Of a DNA stretch of 64,000 nt, positions 59,773 to 64,000 are shown piece by piece. Made by a program: the position numbers and the translations under genes. The stretch spans positions 453,354 to 517,353 of the forward strand of contig OY762936.1 in NCBI GenBank assembly GCA_963666935.1, given 5' to 3'. How positions within the stretch are numbered: position 1 is the first letter of the stretch; each line of letters opens with the position of its first letter. A model generated the notes under the pieces. That model was not told the origin of the DNA. It ran no database searches and worked only from the letters and a program-made list of their open reading frames with translations. The DNA is from Christensenellaceae bacterium. GTDB taxonomy: Bacteria > Bacillota > Clostridia > Christensenellales > CAG-138.

Positions 59773-61700
59773 TCGTACCCATGAAACGACTCACCCTGAT
59801 CGGCCTTACTGCCGATGAGGAGCGCGTGCTCAGTACGCTGCAGTCCCTCTCTGCGGTACAGATCCTATCTAAGGGGGCAGGTGGATTCGATGAGTCCAAG
59901 CTTGCCAAGCTGGAAAACCGGGTACAGCGTTTGGACAACGCGCAGTCCGTGCTGAAACCCTTTGCACAAAAGGCGAAACTTGGGCCTAAGCCCGTTTTCA
60001 GCGTTGAACAGCTTAACCAGGATCTGCCCGCGTCCATGGATCTGTGCGCTCGGGTGGAAGAGCTGGACCACCGGCTTAGTACGTTGCGCAGCGATGTGGA
60101 CAAGCGGAATACCCTGATCCTGACCCTGACGCCCTGGTCGGAAATGAATGTCGGCATCGAGGAGATCGTGGCCACGGAATCTGCGCGCTATATTACCGGC
60201 GTGCTGGCGACAGAGCATATCTCCGCCTTGGAAGAGGTGGGGGCAGTGGTTGAGGCTTATGGCGGCGAAAGGGAAAAGTGTGTGCTGATCGCCTGCCATT
60301 TTCACCGGCTGCAGCAAATCACCGCGCTACTCAGAACGATGCCATTTCAAGAATTCAATTTTCCCGCCCTGCGGGGCACACCCAGAGAGAACATCGATTC
60401 TCTGACAAAGGAAATCGAAGATCTGAAAAAAGAAGAAGCGAGCCTCACTGCCGAGCTTTCGGAACTGGGCAAGCAGCGGGATGAACTTTGCCGCGCACTG
60501 GATGCGGCCGTTATCGAGCGCGACCGGGAAGCCAGCAGGGCGTCGTTGGGCGTCACAACCTCCACTTTCATTCTGGATGGCTGGATCCGCAGCGACGAAG
60601 AGGAAAAGATTCGTAAAACTCTGGATTCCATTACAGATACCTATTATATGGACTGCAGCGACCCGCAGGAGGGCGATGTGGTGCCCACTGTACTCAAAAA
60701 TTCCAAACTGGTGGCACCCTATGAGGCCGTCACGAATTTATACTCCCTCCCCGCGGCTCACGGCGTTGACGCAACCCCCTTGATGATGCCCTTCTATTTT
60801 GTCTTTTTCGGTATGATGCTGTCCGATACCGGATACGGAATCGTATTGGCTTTAGGCACTTATCTCTTCTTAAAACTCCTTAAGCCCCAAGGTATGATGG
60901 CTTCGCTGGCGAAGGTGCTCTTTATGGGAGGCCTTTCCACCATGGTCATGGGATTGTTAATCGGCACATTCTTCGGCGTGTCCTGGCCCGTAATTTTTGC
61001 AGGAACGGCCTTGGCGAACGTGTTTCCGTTTATCGATCCTGCCAATGATCCAATCACCATGCTTGCGTTATGTGCAGGGCTGGGGTTGGTTCATATGTAC
61101 TTCGCGGTACTGATTGCAACGTGGGAGTGTATCAGGAGAGGCGATTGGATGGCTGCCATTATTGACAACCTGTGCTGGCTGTTCATCATCACGGGCCTGC
61201 TAATGCTGGCGGCCCCCATGCTCGGCATGCCCGAGATCCTAGCAACGGTGGGTAAGTGGATAGCAATTGTGGCTGCGTCGGCTGTGTTCCTGTTCGCCGG
61301 ACGTTCCAGCAAGAGCATTCCGGGCCGGCTGATGGGCGGCGCGGGCAAGCTTTATAATGTCACTTCTTGGCTGGGAGACGTACTCTCTTATGCGCGTATC
61401 TTCGCGCTGGGTCTCTCCACTGGCGTCATCGGTCTGGTGCTCAATACTCTGTGCTGGGATATGCTCTATGCATCCTTCAAGGGCAGCATGGTGCTCACCG
61501 TCATCGGGTTTGTCATCGTCTTGGCACTTTCTATCGCATTGCACCTGTTTATGTTGGCCATCAGCACCCTTGGATGCTTTGTGCATACGGCGAGACTGCA
61601 GTACGTGGAGTTCTTCAGCAAGTTCTATGAGGCCGGGGGAAAGCGCTTCATGCCGCTCCGGTACAATGCCAAGCACGTTAACGTGGCAGGTGAGCAATGA
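59769..61700 (+). CDS. ntpI: V/A-type ATP synthase subunit I (a subunit)
   Basis: Soluble N-terminal half plus a C-terminal 7-8 TM domain with a conserved Arg region (YARIFALGLS). Confidence 0.8.
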   Translation: MIVPMKRLTLIGLTADEERVLSTLQSLSAVQILSKGAGGFDESKLAKLENRVQRLDNAQSVLKPFAQKAKLGPKPVFSVEQLNQDLPASMDLCARVEELDHRLSTLRSDVDKRNTLILTLTPWSEMNVGIEEIVATESARYITGVLATEHISALEEVGAVVEAYGGEREKCVLIACHFHRLQQITALLRTMPFQEFNFPALRGTPRENIDSLTKEIEDLKKEEASLTAELSELGKQRDELCRALDAAVIERDREASRASLGVTTSTFILDGWIRSDEEEKIRKTLDSITDTYYMDCSDPQEGDVVPTVLKNSKLVAPYEAVTNLYSLPAAHGVDATPLMMPFYFVFFGMMLSDTGYGIVLALGTYLFLKLLKPQGMMASLAKVLFMGGLSTMVMGLLIGTFFGVSWPVIFAGTALANVFPFIDPANDPITMLALCAGLGLVHMYFAVLIATWECIRRGDWMAAIIDNLCWLFIITGLLMLAAPMLGMPEILATVGKWIAIVAASAVFLFAGRSSKSIPGRLMGGAGKLYNVTSWLGDVLSYARIFALGLSTGVIGLVLNTLCWDMLYASFKGSMVLTVIGFVIVLALSIALHLFMLAISTLGCFVHTARLQYVEFFSKFYEAGGKRFMPLRYNAKHVNVAGEQ

Positions 61701-61750
61701 ATTGTGCGGCAGAGCCGCTTACTATAAGAACAAAAATTTTAAACAAATAA

Positions 61751-62257
<507 letters not shown>

Positions 62258-62276
62258 TCAGATTGAGGAGCGGATT

Positions 62277-62879
62277 ATGGCAAACGATTTGAATAACGCG
62301 GCCAAGCTCACCGGACGCATCCTAGACGATGCGCGCCGTGTGGCTGAGAATGCCGCGAAACAGGCTAAGACTGAAGCAGCAAAGGTCAAAGAGCTTGCCG
62401 ATCACGATGTTTTGGAAGTAACGGCGGAGTTTGACGCCCGAGCAAAGCGCGCGGCGGAAGAGATTCTGGAACGCAGCCGCACCAACGCGGAGCTGGATTC
62501 CCGCAAATACATCCTCGCGGCTAAGCGTAAGGTGATCGATAAGGCGTTTGTAGACGCCTACGACGCCCTTGACCGGCTGGAGGCGAGCAAACGGGACGAG
62601 CTGTTTGCGGCCGTAGCGATTTCTTATACGCAGGGTGGCGAAACCCTGCTTCCCGCGTCGGCGGATGCGCAGCGGGCAAACGCCCTCTTAGACCGCATCA
62701 ACAAGGCGCTTAAGGGAAACGGAAAAGAGGAAATCGCCATTGGAAAAACTTCCGAACAGATCGGCGGTGGATTTTTGCTCATTGGCAAAGGGTATGAAAT
62801 AAATTGTTCCTTCGAGGCGATGCTGCGCGACGTTCGCGAAGCAGAAGAGAGCAATGTAGCAAAGATCCTGTTCGAATAG
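62277..62879 (+). CDS. V/A-type ATP synthase subunit E
   Basis: N-terminal coiled coil (Ala/Glu/Lys/Arg rich) about 200 aa long, in operon position. Confidence 0.6.
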   Translation: MANDLNNAAKLTGRILDDARRVAENAAKQAKTEAAKVKELADHDVLEVTAEFDARAKRAAEEILERSRTNAELDSRKYILAAKRKVIDKAFVDAYDALDRLEASKRDELFAAVAISYTQGGETLLPASADAQRANALLDRINKALKGNGKEEIAIGKTSEQIGGGFLLIGKGYEINCSFEAMLRDVREAEESNVAKILFE

Positions 62880-62895
62880 AGAGGTAGCAGAAGAT

Positions 62896-63870
62896 ATGCC
62901 ACAGAACAGTGCCTATTACGGCATAACGCGGATACGCTGCCATGAGAAAAACCTCATTGGCCGGGACAAGATGCAGCGGCTCATCGACGGCAGCGTCGAA
63001 GAAGCCGTGCGGCTTCTGGTCGACGCGGGCTACGGCGGAATTCCGGACGCCACGGTGGAAGATGCTGATCGCCTCATCACTTCTGAACTGGGCAACACCT
63101 ATGCGTTGATTCGCGAAGTATCTTTTGACAGCGCTACCACGGACCTTTTTCTCATGAAGGCGGATGTACACAACATCAAGATGCTCATGAAGCATAAGCT
63201 TGCCGACAGCGGGGAGCCCCTGCTCATACGGGGCGGCCTGTATTCTCAGGAAGCTTTGATGAAGTTTGTCGCGGGGGATTTCAGGGATCTACCCGAAGAA
63301 TTCCGGGAAGCGCTTGCTGTACTGGAACAGAACATTCAATCTTCGCTAGAACCCGCTACAATTTCCATACTGCTGGACAAGGCGTATGTGAAATATGCGC
63401 TGCGCACCGCCAAAGGATTTGCGGCTTCCTACTTCCGGACCCAGGCCGATTATGACAATGTCATCGCCATGCTGCGGATTCGGGGCATGGGCGGCGGCGT
63501 GGAAAAGCTCAAGGCAGCGCTGCTTCCACAAGGAGATATTCCGGCGAGCCGGTTGATTCAGGCGCTGGACCTTCCTGTGGACGGCATGGCTAAGCTAATT
63601 GCCACTGGACCTGCCAGAGAAGGTATCCTTCGCGGGCTGGACGCCATCCAAAAGGGCGCCGAAATTTCCGTGATGGAGCGGGAGAGGGACAACTGCCTAA
63701 TCTCCTTTGCTAATGCCGGAAAGCTTCGGGATAATTCCATTGCCCCCGTAGTAGGCTACCTGCTGGCACGGGAGCAGGAGGCGAAGTGCATTCGCATTAT
63801 CCTGACCGCCAAGCGAAACGGCCTGCCCGATAGTGTCATAACAGAAAGGCTGCGTGAGTTGTATGGCTGA
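62896..63870 (+). CDS. V/A-type ATP synthase subunit C (d subunit)
   Basis: 324-aa helical protein in the syntenic position between E and F. Confidence 0.55.
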   Translation: MPQNSAYYGITRIRCHEKNLIGRDKMQRLIDGSVEEAVRLLVDAGYGGIPDATVEDADRLITSELGNTYALIREVSFDSATTDLFLMKADVHNIKMLMKHKLADSGEPLLIRGGLYSQEALMKFVAGDFRDLPEEFREALAVLEQNIQSSLEPATISILLDKAYVKYALRTAKGFAASYFRTQADYDNVIAMLRIRGMGGGVEKLKAALLPQGDIPASRLIQALDLPVDGMAKLIATGPAREGILRGLDAIQKGAEISVMERERDNCLISFANAGKLRDNSIAPVVGYLLAREQEAKCIRIILTAKRNGLPDSVITERLRELYG

Positions 63871-64000
63871 AAAAAAAGCTGATATTGCAATCATCGGCGA
63901 CCGCGATTCCGTACTGCTTGCGAAAGCCGTGGGGCTTAGGGTTTTTGCCGAGACCGATCCAGAGAAGGCCTGCCATCGCATTTATACGCTGGCAAAAGAA
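63863..64000 (+). CDS. V/A-type ATP synthase subunit F (partial, continues beyond the window)
   Basis: MAEKKADIAIIGDRDSVLLAKAVGLRVF matches the subunit F N-terminus. It overlaps the stop of the preceding gene. Confidence 0.6.
   Translation, partial: MAEKKADIAIIGDRDSVLLAKAVGLRVFAETDPEKACHRIYTLAKE

Overview
The window has three parts, probably from a high-GC Clostridia chromosome (AddAB, DnaD/DnaI, V-type ATPase, sortase); the core is about 58-60% GC.

(1) 1-8470 is the distal end of a prophage. It carries a partial structural gene, two paralogous tail-fibre genes that share an N-terminal module, an extreme poly-glycine protein between them, a LamG lectin-like protein, a multidomain S8-subtilase/PG-binding/NlpC endolysin, and holin genes followed by a terminator.

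(2) 8470-31055 is a roughly 23 kb low-GC (about 35%) accretion zone packed downstream of two tRNA-Ser genes on the minus strand (31056-31270). It holds at least six orphan copies of the tRNA-Ser 3' end (att-core remnants), two 535-bp direct repeats, a second repeat family that may be serine-recombinase att-like sites, and decayed mobility genes (MobC, a large serine recombinase C-terminal fragment, an N-truncated tyrosine integrase). Its cargo modules are:
- a lipoprotein and a SAM methyltransferase;
- a c-di-GMP module (XRE + REC-PAS-HD-GYP, GGDEF-EAL);
- a metal/redox operon (DUF134 regulator, two Gly/Arg-rich DUF5320-like proteins, 1-Cys peroxiredoxin, a CDF exporter fused to a NifX-like domain, a ZIP pseudogene);
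- a patatin phospholipase flanked by 46-bp repeats;
- a cytoplasmic FG-GAP beta-propeller plus clostripain-like (C11) cysteine protease pair directly at the tRNA. This pair is the best candidate for an undescribed conflict or cell-death system.

(3) 31300-64000 is conserved core. It contains an SPFH-zinc-ribbon-TPM membrane-stress trio, a YugP-like protease, a sortase, argS-serS, an ABC-F ATPase with a leader-peptide/terminator attenuator, an FMN-binding membrane protein, DnaD-DnaI, ThpR, AddB-AddA, an M23 peptidase, YqhQ, prmC-prfA-tsaC-ywlE-rpiB-upp, and the start of a V-type ATPase operon (G/H-I-K-E-C-F).

No CRISPR array and no rRNA were seen.
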